The notes under the pieces are model-generated. The model was not told the DNA's origin and made no database searches. It saw nothing but the letters and a program-made list of their open reading frames with translations. A stretch of 64,000 bases of DNA from Squalus acanthias. Taxonomy: Eukaryota. Below are positions 46,704 to 60,327 of the stretch, in pieces; within the stretch, counting starts at the first letter, position 1; each line of letters begins with the position of its first letter. The position numbers and the translations under genes were made by a program. The stretch spans positions 122,142,001-122,206,000 of the forward strand of contig CM059432.1 of the NCBI GenBank assembly GCA_030390025.1. The letters are read 5' to 3'.

Positions 46704-49700
46704 GGTGTAATTTTTATTTTAAAGTTAAAAGAGAAAAGTTGGGCATTGAGGGCGATAGCGGGAGTAAGTTTTGGCGTGTTGGAATAACTGATTTCAACAT
46801 GGTGACCTAATTATAATTTTACTTCCAGGTTTCATGTCTCCAATGCATGGCAGTGGGTGTGGTGTGCACCGGCATGACGTGATCTGAACTCGAGTATATA
46901 AAGGGCCAATCCAAAGATGACATTTGGAAGAGTTAGGAGTTTCTACAAAGAGAAGAAAAAGGTTTCATGATGGATTCAGGACGGTCAAGGGCTGCACCTC
47001 TATTTAACAATGATTTTTTTGGCTGTTGCTACGATTGTCTTCTTCTTCTTACGTATGGTAGTAGCAAAGCAATTCAAATGTCAATATCTAAGTCAGATAT
47101 CCAGGCCAAAGCTTCCGGTGTAACAGCGTGGATATCTTGTAGGCTGCCCGTGAATTTCCTCTGAGGGCAGTGCGCAATGATGTGCTCCAGGGTCTGATTA
47201 GGAGCTCCACAGTCGCATGATGGGGATGCTTTAATCTTCCATCTATGGAGAAGGTGGCAGCATCTACCATGACCGGTTCTGAGGCGGTTGATGGTTGTCC
47301 ACTGTTTGTGCGGAAGGTTTGATCCTTCAGGTTGTACTGTGGGGTCCCCTATAAGGAATCCATTCCGTATGTCACAGTTCTTCCAAGCATTTCGCCATCG
47401 GTCATCAAGGCAGAGGGGAGATCGCTGAAGGGCTTCGGCGACAGTCCAAAATGGCCTTCTAGACTTGAGATGGATTGGTGGTAGGTTGTTCAAGTTGGTC
47501 TGGATCGGCATGTCTTTGCTGGTATAGCGGTTGTATTCTCTAGGGACTGCATATTCACGGCGTAGGTGTGGTGGGGCGATGTTTGCAAGCACGTGCAGCC
47601 AAGGTGTTGGTGGTGATAAAAGCGTCCCGGTGATAATTCTCATAGTAGAATTCAGCTGGACATCAACGGATTTGACATGCGGACTTGATAACCATGCCGG
47701 CGAGCAGTACTCCGCTGTAGAGTACACCAGGGTGAGTGCTGCCGTACGATCAAGGGCTGTGCCTCTATTTAATAATGCATCACTTGATGCACCGTTGGTG
47801 CACTGAGGCGTAGGAGAGATACTCTTCCCCACCAATGGGAGGAAGAAACCTACTGCTCTGATGAAGCAGGTGCGGTTGAAGGTTGCTGAGGAGGTGTGCA
47901 GCAGGAACATTGTGTCTCATTCCTGGATACACTTTAATAACCTAACCAAGTCAGGAAAGGTTAGTACAGTTGCTGATTCACCTACATCCTGTGGTATGTA
48001 ACACCCCCCTCTCACTCTGTCATGTCAAGCGTACTCCATGACATCGCTTCCCACACCCACTTAAGTTTGAAGAGCACCTGTCGTTCACTTTCTAAGCACT
48101 TCCTCACCTCCCCATTTATCCATCTACCACTACCACTCACCCCAATCCTTATGCAGTGTGATGCACCTGCCTGATAGACACCCTCGCCGAATGCACTGCA
48201 TCCATCGGGTGAACACGTGCCTTACAGTCACTCATAGGTCTGTTCTTTCCCCCATTGCAGGAAAACATAGCACAAAACACAATGGAGAGGGAGAGGACTG
48301 GAGATGGGCCACCACAGGTTGTGCAGTTGACAGATACAGAGGTATAGGCAATGGAGATCAGTGGCATCTCTGAGTCCCTGACCATCGGAGATCAAGAGAC
48401 TGGGAATTCGCAGATGTCTGGTGACAGAATGAAAAATATATCTGACACATCTTATACACAACCTAGTCATGTTGACTTTATTTCAGCAATGAATGAAATA
48501 TGATAAGCCTGATTATTCTGACTGGCAACATTGCTACATTGCCAGTACTAATTCATATCCCTTTCTTTTGTCCTCCAAGGCCTTCATGCGAAGAGCAGCA
48601 GTCACAGCAGTCTGTCGCCTTATCTGAGGATGATTCCTCAGAGGACCTCATTCCTTCTGAGGGTGCACCATCACAGAATGTACTACCATGCACCAGCACA
48701 GATACTCTCATTTCAGTGAGTCCAGTTAGAAAGCTAATTGGGTTTTCACCTGGTGATTTACACCTCACAAGTGAGCACAAGCAGATACTATTGGCAGGGT
48801 CAGCTGTGGAGAGTCCGTGTCGGGGGCCCAATCCTCTCCAAGCTCTACTCAGCTGGACACAGATGCTGAACCGAGGTACTGGCAGACGTGCCACGCACAG
48901 TCTCCACAATAGCAGGGAGGATGGAGGAGTCCAGCTCAAACAATAACGGATTGGTGGCGCAGGGTTGCAAGAATGCCTGCCAAGGAGAAAGTGGCCGTCT
49001 CCGTGGAACTTCAAGCAGGGCTATCAAATGAGTCCATGCAGGTCATGACCACAGCCATGCAGACTTTGAAAGCCAGCATGTCTGCCGCCTTAAACAGGAT
49101 GACAGATACCTTATCCGTGGCCTTACAACATGTCACGGATCTGCACCAAGCAGGTCTGCAGCAGAGCGGTAGGAGTAATGTGCCACTGGCCCAGGAGAGG
49201 GTTGATGGCGAATGGGGACATGGAGGTGGGAACTCCACTCAAAGCGCTCCCATGTCTCATTCAGTAACCCACATGCAGCCTCCTTTCCTGATGGCTGAGT
49301 CTACCCCTGCACAGGTGCAGGTGAAGCTCTCTTTGGCGGGGCCCTCACGGGCTCCACAGGTCATAGGCCAAGAGCATCTCAGGAGTCAGAGCAGGGATCT
49401 GAGCAGCCTGCCTCTTCCTCTGCTGAAGACTAAGAGAAAACAATTGTAATTCACCAAGGGTATGCACATGTGTGTTTGAGAAAATGTTGTTTTATTAAAT
49501 TTCCTTTTGTTATCACGGCACATAAAATGTATTCATTTGCACCATTTCCTCGTGTTGCCCATTCTTGCGTGCTGAGTGGGAACGCGCCTTTTCACTTGGT
49601 GGGTGGTGAATATGAAGACATGAATGGATGGGACCAATTGGGGGATGTGCAATATGTGGAAGGTTGGTTAGAGGACTGCTTTGTGTGAGACGGGGGAAGG

Positions 49701-51254
49701 TGGCTATAATAGTTACTTTGGTCCTGTGTGTGTAACGAAATGAACCTTTGAGCTATTAAGGCATCCATGGAATCCCAAGCTGTAATGTGAGCAGCTGGTC
49801 TGGCATTGGGTGCCCAATATTCATCTTCCTCCTCGTCCTTCTCCTCTTCCTCCCCCTCCATCTCCTCTTCTTCATTAGAATTGTCATTGGATGATGAGCG
49901 CCTTCTTTGGCCTCCACTACTAAATCTCGCTGCTGTGCAATGTTGTGCACAACGCAGTACACCATGATCATTCCGGAGACCCTCGCTGGTGAGTATGAAG
50001 GGCGCTTCCAGATCTGTCCAGGTACCTGAAGCGCATCTTCAGCATGCTGTTGGTTTGCTCGATGACACATCTGTTCATGAGGCTGTCAGTTGTACTGCGA
50101 TTGGACTTCATTGGTGGGGTACCTCACAGGTTTCATGAGCCAAGTTTGAAGGGGGGTTCCCAAGGAATCTGGTGCGCATCTGCATAAACCTTTTCTTGTG
50201 GTTGCACACCAGCTGCACATTAATGGAATGAAATCCCTTATGGTTGATGAATACTACTGGTTGCTGTGGTGGTGCTCAGATTGCCATGTGTGTGCAATCA
50301 ATCGCACCTTGTACCTGTGGGAAGCCAGCTACAGATGCAAATCCGATCATTCTGGCTATTGTCGTCACAATGGAAGTTGACATAAGTCGACGCCCTGGCA
50401 AACAACCCATCCATCACCTGCCTTATGCATTTATGTGCAGCCAGCTGGGAGATCCTGGAGAAGGTCTCTGGTGGTGCTCTGGAAGAAGCTAGAGACAAAG
50501 AAATTGAGGCAAGTGGTCACTGTCACAGTGACGGGCAATGCATGGCCGCGAGGTCCAGCAGGGAGCAGCTCTTATTCTAGTAGGACGATGCAGATGTCTG
50601 TGCCCACCTGACATGTCAATCTGAGTCTCTGGAAGCACTGCTCTTTAGAGGTCAAGGAAGCTGAGCCTATGTCTGTTCACCTTGTTACATGGGTGGTGCA
50701 TCCTGTGAGCTCGACCCCTCTGTTACTCACTGCTCTGATGTCCACCGGCAGCTCCCTCCACAGCACATGGTTGTTGCTGCTGATGGTGATCGCATTCCTC
50801 ATCCAAAGTCCAATCCAAAGGAGCCATGGCGCCGCCCATCTTGATGTTGTGTGTGTGAACACCTCCAAATGCTGCCAATACGTCGGTGACCACAAGAACT
50901 CTCAGCAAACTGTTTAGCAGAGAGAACTGAGAAAGCAGCTGCAAGCAATGAGAATTTATTCATATCGGCACACGTGACCTTTAACTAACCCCATGAAGTG
51001 CCACTTGATCTCACCTCTGTTTTACTGCCAAATTTCCCAAGTCATGCTGGAGTCATTAAATTCAAGTTCCAGTACCCTCATTTGCATATTATAATGATGG
51101 GCCCGTCTCTTGAGATCGGGTTACTCAGCCGCATCCGTTAAAACTGGAAGTGGGCAGGTTGAAGATGGGTTGCGGTCAGGTTTTACATTTCTGATATTTT
51201 AACCTATTCCCCCACCCTGGTCCCACCCATCAGGCGGGGATTAAAATTCCACCC
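46704..51254. mobile_element. Near-complete degraded Harbinger: Myb gene on + (46967-49430), transposase on - (~49735-50839)
   Basis: RSRAAPLFN..ILFP..FNNLTKSGK|gttagt; AAHKCIRQV, YCVVHN, acidic tail; right end TTAAAATTCCACCC. Confidence 0.8.
47013..47745 (-). mobile_element. Vingi/Ingi-like non-LTR retrotransposon 3' fragment
   Basis: LVYSTAEYCSPAW..NIAPPHLRR; NRLRTGHG..CDCG..QTLEHII.HCP zinc knuckle, no RNase H; CCATACG..(AAG)n tail; 32-bp flanking duplication. Confidence 0.75.
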
Positions 51255-51792
51255 TGAATTTCACGCTGTATTCTCAACACCACATTTACAGGAAGGTATG
51301 TTGAGGGTCTAAAGATGCATATTTATACTGCTATTTAAGACGGTGCGGGGTTAAATTAGTCCATGTAGCACCCATTTTTTAAGCAATACGTGGCCAACTA
51401 AGACTCAAAAATGGGGCCCGAGATGTGCAAGCACACTTCCGATGGGAAATGCGCAGGACGCCATCTTGGTAAAGGGGTTTGCGCACATGCACTAACAACC
51501 GCCAGCAGCATGCAGAGCAGGCTGATAATGACGCAAATCAGTGTGCAACGCTGATTTGATACCACCGCAGCCATTTTACAACTCCACACTCCAGCCAACG
51601 CCCTGTATTAACCTCGCACAGCTGAACACGATGTTAAACGGCATGAAGGATCTCCTCACCAGCACTATTCAAAGGGATCATGATGTACTTACAGGTTAGT
51701 TGCTGGATTATTTCTTCAGGCTGCTGATGCATTTGTTTGTAGGAGGATTCCTAAACTGAAAGTTTAAGTAAGTACTCAACAGGGAGTGGATA

Positions 51793-53038
51793 ATCATCAG
51801 CAAAGTGATGGAAGGTGTCGATAGTGCTATCAAGCGGCACTTACTCACCAATAACCTGCTCACTGATGCCCAGTTTGGGTTCCGCCAAGACCATTCAGCT
51901 CCCAACCTCATTAGGTCCAAATATGGTCAAATGAGCTGAATTCCAGAGGTGAGGTGAGAGTGACTGCCATTGACATCAAGGCAGCATTTGATCAAGGAGC
52001 CCTAGTAAATCTGAAGTCAATGGGAATCAAGGGGAAAACTCTCCACTGGCTGGAGTCATATCTAGCACAAAGGAAGATGGTTGTGGTGGTTAAAGGTCAA
52101 TCATCACAACCCCAGGACATCGCTGCAGGAGTTCCTCAGGGCAGTGTCCTAGGCCCAACCATCTTCAGCTGCTTCATCAGTGACCTTCCCTCCAACATAA
52201 GTTCAGAAATAGGGATGTTCGCTAATGACTGCACAGTGTTCAGTGCCATTCAGGCTTGGGCTGATAAGTGGCAGGTAACATTCGTGCCACAGAAGTGCCA
52301 GGCAATGACTATCTCCAACAAGCGACAGTCTAACCACCACCTCTTGACAATCAACGGCATTACCATCGCCGAATCCCTGTCATCCAGAAACTTAACTGGA
52401 CCAGCCACATGAATACTGTGGCAACAAGAGCAGGTCAGAGGCTAGGTATTCTGCAGCGAGTGTCTCACCTCCTGACTCCCCAAAGCCTTTCCACTATCTA
52501 CAAGGCACAAGTAAGGAGTGTGATGGAATACTCTTCACTTGCCTGGATGAGCACAGCTCCAACAACACTCAAGAAGCTCGACACCATCCAGGACAAAACA
52601 GCTTGCATGATTGGCACCCCATCCACCACTTTAAACATTTACTCCCTCCACCACCAGCGTACTGTGGCTGCAGTGTGTACCATCTACAGGATGCACTGCA
52701 GCAACTCGCCATGGCTCCTTTGGCAGCACCTCCCAAACCCACGACCTCTTCCACCTAGAAGGACAAGGGCAGCAGGCGCATGGGAACACCACCACCTCCA
52801 AGTTCCCCTCCAAGTCACACACCATCCTGACTTAGAAATATATCGCCGATCCTTCATCGTCGCTGGGTCAAAATCCTGGAACTCCCTCCCTAACAGCACT
52901 GTGGGAGTACTTTTACCACACGGACTGTAGCAGTTCAAGAAGACGGCTCACCACCACCTTCTCAAGGGCAATTAGGGATGGGCAATAAATGCTGATCTTG
53001 CCAGCGACGCTCACATCCCATAAATGAATTTTTTTAAA
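51793..53038 (+). mobile_element. CR1-group LINE (Zenon/Crack-like lineage) 3' fragment with internal deletions
   Basis: QFGFR, DIKAAFD, GVPQGSVLGP, IYKAQVRSVMEY; tail GGGCAATAAATGCTG..GCCAGCGACGCTCACATCCCA. Confidence 0.8.
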
Positions 53039-54453
53039 CCTGCTAGAAGAGGGAGGAGCAGGAAGAGGAGGAGGAGGAGGAAGTGCAAGCGGAAGTGGAT
53101 GAAGAGGAAGAGGAGGGGAGGCTACAATGTAGACAGGCTCTTTCTACCAGGGCTCTGCGTGATCAGATTTTCATGAGCGATACGAGTAACCTGAGACACC
53201 TCCCCATTCACCAACATTCCCACATTCCTTGCCTTTCCTCTATCACTGACCATCACATCGTCCTCTTTCTGACAGCACAGATTGGTTCCTCCTTCAGTTT
53301 ACCACAGAAATAAAAACCACCACCAAATGTAAATTCAAATCCAAATTTCTTAATTCACTCATTGAATAATGCATACAAAAATAAACTAATCACCCTTGTG
53401 CCTTCTCTTAGTGCCTGTCTTCTGTGTGCCTTTGCCTCTCCTAGTGCTCTACAACGTGCTTCCCCAATGGCTGCAGCTTGGCTGTTGGAAGGCTGCTGAC
53501 CTTTAATTGGGGAGAGTGCAGATGGCCTTGGAGGGCGACCTCGAGCAGCTCTGGGCCTAGAAGGCCTGGCTTCAGACTGCACCATCTCGGCCTGGGCTGC
53601 AGCAGTCTGGGCTGGCTGGCTGACAGGCAACAGCAAGGGCACTGGCAGAGTGGCAGTGGTCATCCTCAGAGAGGACAGCAGGTCGTGCTCCATGGAGCCA
53701 CTGCCTCTCTCCTGGGGCAGGGCATCATCATTCCTGGTGATCTGTTGGAGAACAGATTGCTGGACTGCTGTGATGCCCTGGAAGCCCCTTTCAACAGAGG
53801 TACCCAGAGCAACAATGGCAGCAATCTGAGCTTTCAAGCCAGCAGTCAGACCGCTGATGGAAGCAGCTTGTGTTTGAAATGAGTGTCCTGCAATATGTTT
53901 GGGTAATGTGGCTGTCATGATTGAATAGCTGCTAGTGTGTGTGAGCTGTGGGTGTGAGGCTTGCAACAGCGTGTGAGGGTGAGGTAAAGCATATGAATTG
54001 TAGGGTTGAGTACTGATTGATAGAAATTGTTGGTAGGTGGGTGATGGGCGTGTAGTGAATTGAGCAGTGGATGAGGCTAGTGGTGCAGTTGTAAGGATAC
54101 GGCATTTGAAGATTGAACTAACGTACCTTGACAACTCATGTCAGATCATTAAACTTCTTCTTGCACTGCATCCATGTTCTTGGAAAAACACTCCTGGCAT
54201 TGACCTCTGCCATTACTTCCTCAAACTGCCTCCTGAGCATCTGTCTCGAGAGACTCCTGCAACCGCACCCCACGCCCCCGCCCACGCCCCGCCCACGCCC
54301 CCTGCCAGCGGATACAGGATGTCTCACCTTCCCCCCATGTCTTGCACTAAGATCTCTAGTGCAGCATCAGAAACATTGGTGCATGCTCCCTCGTAGATTG
54401 AGCCACCTTGACAAAATTCTTCAAAATCAATTTACCTCCTGACACCACTTCCA

Positions 54454-54925
54454 GAAAAAGAAAGACTTGCATTTCCATAGCGCCTTTCATGACCACCGGA
54501 CATCCCAAAAATGCTTTACAGCCAATGAATTACCTTTTTGAAATGTAGTCACTGTTGTAATGTAGGAAACGTGGCAGCCAATTAGCATTCAGCAAGATCC
54601 CACAAACAGCAATGCGATAGTGACCAGATAATCTGTTTTAGTGATGTTGATTGAGGGATAAATATTAGCCAGGACACCGAGGATAACTCAACTGCTCTTC
54701 TTCGAAATAGTGCCATGGCATCTTTTACATGCACCTGAGAGAGCAGATGGGGCCTCAGTTTAACGTCTCATCCGAAAGACGGCACCTCCGACAGTGCAGC
54801 ACTCCCTCAGCACTGCACTGGAGTGATGGCCTAGATTTTATGCTCAAGTGTTTGCAATGGGACTATGAACCCACAACCTTCTGACTCAGAGGTGAGGGTG
54901 CTACCCACTGAGCCACGGCTGACAC
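54454..54925 (-). mobile_element. Full-length Deu SINE (SacSINE1-like)
   Basis: A/B-box-like head, complete Deu core, L2-like tail. Confidence 0.88.
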
Positions 54926-55360
54926 AGTGCACCTCCCCTTTAAGAGGTGCAGGCTGCCTTTAAGAGGTGCTAGCCACTCGCAATATTGGGCCTACCTGCT
55001 ATTGCGTGCAGCCAATGAACAATGCGGGTAGCAATGGCTGCATGCAGCAATCATGGAAATCAGCAGGCAGCACCAGTTTAATGTCCTACCAGGGCTATCC
55101 TAACCCTCCAGGAGTGGTTTCAGGTTTGGTAACTTTTTCTGTACAGCTAAAGTCCAGTGATGGTAGAGTGTGCTCTCACTGTCATTACCTATCCCTCTCT
55201 CTGCACAGTTGCGTGGGGGGTTTAGTGTGAGTGGTACAGGTTTCCAGGGGTTTAACCACTGAATATGTTTCCAGTTCCACGTGGGGTCTGTATATCACAC
55301 ACTTTGGCCTTGACTTTAGGTAGGAGCGGTATCGGTGCGTGCCACACTTGCATGCCGAAG

Positions 55361-56070
55361 CATAGAAACATAGAAAAATAGGAGCAGGAGTAGGCCATTC
55401 GGCCCTTCGAGCCTGCTCCGCCATTCAATATGATCATGGCTGATTCTCTATCTCAATACCATATTCCTGCTCTCTCCCCATACCCCTTGATGCCTTTTGT
55501 GTCTAGAAATCTATCTATCTCCTTCTTAAATATATTCAGTGACTTGGCCTCCACAGCCTTCAATGGTAGAGAATTCCACAGGTTCACCATCCTCTGAGTG
55601 AAGAAATTTCTCCTCATCTCAGTCCTAAATGTCCTACCCCGTATCCTGAGACTGTGACCCCTCGTTCTAGATCCCCCAGCCAGGAGAAACATCCTCCCTG
55701 CATCCAGTCTGTCTAGCCCTGTCAGAATTTTATACGTTTCAATGACATCCCCTCTCATTCTTCTAAACTCTAGTGAATACAGGCCTATTCGACCCAATCT
55801 CTCTTTATGCGACTGTCCTGCCATCCCAGGAATCAGTCTGGTGAACCTTCGCTGCACTCCGTCTATGGCAAGTATATCCTTTCTTAGGTAAGGAGACCAA
55901 AACTGCAAACAGTATTCCAGGTGTGGTCTCACCAAGGCCCTGTACAACTGTAGTAAGACATCCTTGCTCCTGTACTCAAATCCTCTTGCAATGAAGGCCA
56001 ACATACCATTTGCCTTCCTAACTGCTTGCTACACCTGCATGTTTGCTTTCAGTGACTTGTGTACAAGGAC
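55361..56070 (-). mobile_element. CR1 3' fragment, (TTCTATGT)n family
   Basis: 183-aa RT C-terminal ORF 55453-56004; same family as 959-1800. Confidence 0.92.
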
Positions 56071-56760
56071 GAGAGAGATTTTGACTCCCGAGCCTCATTT
56101 AACTATTCAGCCTTGGACTCCTGCCCGAATCTATCAGGAATCACTGCCTGACTGGCGGCGGGAGCAAGTTTGGGCGGCAGGAGGCCGCGGCCGGGAACCC
56201 ACGTGAAGGGACTCCGGCAGTCAGGTAAGTGGTGAGGGGAGAGTCCAGAGGTGATTGCGATCGGAAAGGGACAGGATTCCCAGGGCAAGGGTTTCCACCA
56301 GGCAGCAGGGGTTCAAATCAAGGCCTCTGATTGGCACAGGTTCCTACAACATTTCACGGTTTTTGACAATTTACTTTCCACAGAAAAAAATAGGAAAGTG
56401 TTGGGTTCGTAAAACAAGCTGTACTCACACAGAAACAGCGACATTCATTGATGCTCAGGTTTATAAACAGAAAGCTGGGAGGGAAAACGTTTACTAGGCT
56501 CAGATGGTTAGAGTGCAGGAGATTAGTTAGAATTTATTTTGTTTAAGTCAAGCAAGTGACCTATTAATGTGGGGAAGTGTAGTATGTTCATTATTTTGTA
56601 GTGAAGGGGGGGAAATTTAACTGGAGCGGGTTCGGGCTGGTGGGGAGAGCAGCAAATGTCAAACTGCCCGATATCACTGCCTCGATATTAACCCTCCCAG
56701 GGCGGGTGATAAAGGGGACCGGGTTAAAACGTCAAAATCACGTGACCCAACCCCAGCCCG

Positions 56761-58252
56761 CCCTTCAAATCTGCCATCATCACTCCTCTCCTCAAAAACC
56801 CAGCCCTTGATGTCTTTGTCCTTGCAAACTACCGCCCCATCTCCAACCTCCCTTTCCTCTCCAAAGTCCTTGAATGTGTTGTCGCCTCCCAAATCCGTGC
56901 CCATCTTTCCCGCAGTTCCATGTTTGAATCCCTCCAATCAGTTTTCCACCCTTGCCACAGTACTGAAACGGCTCTCATCAAAGTCACAAATGACATCCTA
57001 TGTGACTGTGACACAGGTAAACTATCCCTCCTCGTCCTTCTCGAACAGTCTGCAGCCTTTGACACAGTTGACCACTCCATCCTCCTCCAATGCTTCTCCT
57101 CCATCGTCCAGCTGGGTGGGACTGCACGCGCCTGGTTCCATTCCTATCTATCCAGTCGTAGCCAGAGAATCACCTACAACAGCTTCCCTTCCCGCTCCCA
57201 CATCGTTACCTCTGGTGTCCCCCAAGGATCTATCCTTGGCCCCCTCCTATTTCTTATCTGCATGCTGCCCCTCGGTGACATCATCCAAAAACACAGTGTC
57301 AGTTTCCACATGCATGCTGACGACACCCAGCTCTACCTCACCACCACTTCTCTCGACCCCTCCACGGTCTCTAAATTGTCACACTGTTTGTCCGACATCC
57401 AATACTGGATGAGCAGAAATTTCCTCCAACTTAATATTGGGATAACCGAAGCGATTGTCTTCAGTCTCCGCAACAAACTCCATTCCCTAGCCACTGACTC
57501 CATCCACCTCCCTGGCAACTATCTGAGGCTGAACCAGACTGTTTGCAACCTTGGTGTCGTATTTGACCCCGAGAATGAAGTTCTGACCACATATCCACGT
57601 CATCACTAAGACCTCCAGTACATCACCTGACTCTGTCCCTGCCTCAGCTCATCTGCTGCTGAAACTCCCATCCATGCCTTTGTTACCTCTAGAGCTGACT
57701 ATTCCAACTCTCTCCTGGCCGGCCTCCCATCTTCCACCCTCCATAAACTTGAGCTCATCCAAAACTCTGTCGGCCGTGTCCTAACTCGCATCAAGTCCCG
57801 TTCACCCATCACCCCTGTGCTCGCTGACCTACATTGGCTCCCGGTTTAGCAATGCCTCGATATTAAAATTCTCATCCTTGTTTTTAAATCCCTCCATGGC
57901 CTCGCGCCTTCCTATCTCTGTAACCTCGTCCAGCCCTGCAACCCTCCGAGATATCTGCACTCCTCTAATTCTGCCCTCTTGTGCATCCCTGATTTTAATC
58001 GCTCCACCATTGGCGGCCGTGCCTTCAGCTGCCGAGGCCCTAAACTCTGGAACTCCCTCCTTAAACCTCTCTGCCGCTCTTTCCTCCTTTAAGATGCTCC
58101 TTAAAACCTACCTCTTTGACCAAGCTTTTGGTCATCTGTCCTAATATCTCTTTATGTGGCTTTATGTCAAATTTTGTTTGGTAACGCTCCTGTGAAGCGC
58201 CTTGGGGCGTTTCGCTACGTTAAAGGTGCTATATAAGTTGTTGCTGTTGTTG
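56761..58252 (+). mobile_element. L2 LINE 3' portion
   Basis: HSTETALIKV, SAAFDTVDH, GVPQGSILGP, HADDTQLY; (TTG)n tail. Confidence 0.92.
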
Positions 58253-58924
58253 CAGTGTGTGCCCGCTGCCATTTTTACAGAGACAGATATCGGGGCGGCC
58301 GAGTGCCCCACTGTGGAGAGGCAGGAGGATCATTAACAATTTAACTCCTCCAAGGGTCGGGAATGTCGCTAGTGAAACCACTTTATCGGGATGGTTAAAG
58401 GTCAGGAGGCTCAAGGTGAATAAAGGTTCAGTGCTCAAGGGTCCTTCCTCAGTTCCTTGTGGGCTATGGTTTGGTGAGAGCACTTGGTGTGAGAGATTTA
58501 TCTGGAGAGTTTTGAGTTATTCAGACAGAGGATGGGTGGCACCATGGCTGCTCTCGATTGGACTGAGGGAGAGGAGAAGAATGAGGATCAACAGCGGCAA
58601 GGGCATGATGTGGAGGGAGCTGAAGGTGACCAATAAAGAAGAGAGCAACAGAGGGCATGAGCTCACAGAGGGCCCTACCCACCTAACAAGGTCTACAGGC
58701 AGAAACTCAGCTTCCTTAATCTCCCTGAAAAGCAGTGCTTCCGAAAGCTAGGATTGCCACGTCAGGCGGTCACAGGCCTCTGCAACCTCCTACAGGAAGA
58801 CCTGCTGCCTGCTGGACCTGGTGGCCACATATTACCAGTGGCTGTGAAAGTCACCACCACCCTCAATGTCTTTGTCTCCGGGTCCTTCCAAGGTGCTACC
58901 GGAGACATAGTGAGGGTATTGCAG

Positions 58925-60327
58925 CCTGAGGTTTGGAAAGTGGTAAATATGACACCACATAAGTTTAACATCAGTGGTGGGTAAAGTTTTAGAAACAATA
59001 ATCAAGGAAAAAAATTAACTGGCACTTGGAGAGGTTTAAGCTAATTAAGGAGAGTCAACACGGATTTGTAAAAGGCAGATCGTGTTTGACAAATCTAATT
59101 GAATTTTTTGATGAAGTAACAGGGAGGGTCGATGAAGGGATGTTGTCTACATGGATTTTAGGAAGGCGTTTGACAAAGTACCACATAGAAGGCTGGTTAA
59201 CAAAACTGAGGCTCATGGAATAGGTGGGTCAGTGGCAGCTTGGATAAGGAATTGGCTTAAGGACAGAAAACAGTGAGTTGTGGTGAATGGCTGTTTTTCA
59301 GACTGGAGGATGGTAGACAGTGGTGTTCCCCAAGGGTCAGTGCTGGGGCCACTGCTTTTTTTGATATATATAAATGACCTGGATATTGGAATACAAAGTA
59401 GAATTTCTAAATTTGCCGATGACACCAAACTTGGGAGTGTGGCAAACAATGAGGATGATACCAATCGAATGCAGCCGGACATAGAAAGGCTACCAGAATG
59501 GGCAGACAAGTGGCAGATGGAATTTAATACAGAGAAGTGTGAGGTGATGTATTTTGGCAGAAGGAACAGGGAGAGGCAATATACACTTAATGGCACAGTT
59601 TTAAAGTGTGTGCAGGGACAGAGGGACCTGGGAGTTAATGTGCATAGGTCCCTGAAGGGGGCAGGACATATTGAGAGAGTGGTTAGCAAAGCATATGGGA
59701 TCTTGGGCTTCATAAGTAGAGGTATTGAGTACAAAAGTAGAGAAGTTATGCTGAACCTTTATAAACCACTGGTTAGGCCACAACTGGAGTATTGCGTCCA
59801 GTTCTAGTCACCACACTTTAGGAAGGATGTGAAGGCCCTTGAGAGGGTGCAGAGGAGATTTACCAGAATGGTTCCGGGGATGGGGGATCTTAGCTACAAG
59901 GACAGGTTGGAGAAGCTGGATTTGTTTTCATTAGAGCAAAGGAGGTTGAGGGGTGATTTGATAGAGGTGTACAAGATTATGATGGGTTTGGATAGGCTAG
60001 ACGGGGAAAGGCTGTTCCCACTAGTTGATGGTACAAGGACTAGGGGACACAGATTTAAGGTTTTGGGCAAGAGATACAGGGGGGAGGTGAGGAAAAACTT
60101 TTTTACGCAGCGAGTGGTGAGGACCTGGAACGCGCTGCCGACGGAAGTGGTGTAAACGGAGACACTCAATGTTTTCAAGGGGAGACTGGATAGGCACTTG
60201 AGGGAAATAAACTTGCAGGGCTACGGGGATAGAGCGGGGGAATGGGACTGACTGGATTGCTCCATAGAGAGCCGGCATGGACTCGATGGGCCGAATGGCC
60301 TCCTTCTGTGCTGTTATGACTCTATGA
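58925..60327 (+). mobile_element. 5'-truncated CR1, (CTCTATGA)n family, inserted in a transposase gene
   Basis: QHGFVKGRSCLTNL, KFADDTK, WNALP; CAG on both flanks. Confidence 0.92.

Larger units (their letters stand above)
51401..55086. mobile_element. Deleted Harbinger with nested LINE and SINE
   Basis: Acidic transposase tail at 53040-53190, AATAAA, Myb exons on - (53390-54420; RTWMQCKKKFNDL). Confidence 0.7.

Noticed and set aside
47074..47910. 278-aa ORF as a novel gene
   Set aside because: Chimeric read-through of an antisense Myb exon into a 5'-truncated LINE.
55090..55360. Unassigned segment between a Harbinger end and a CR1 tail
   Set aside because: No termini, TSD or motif that I could support.
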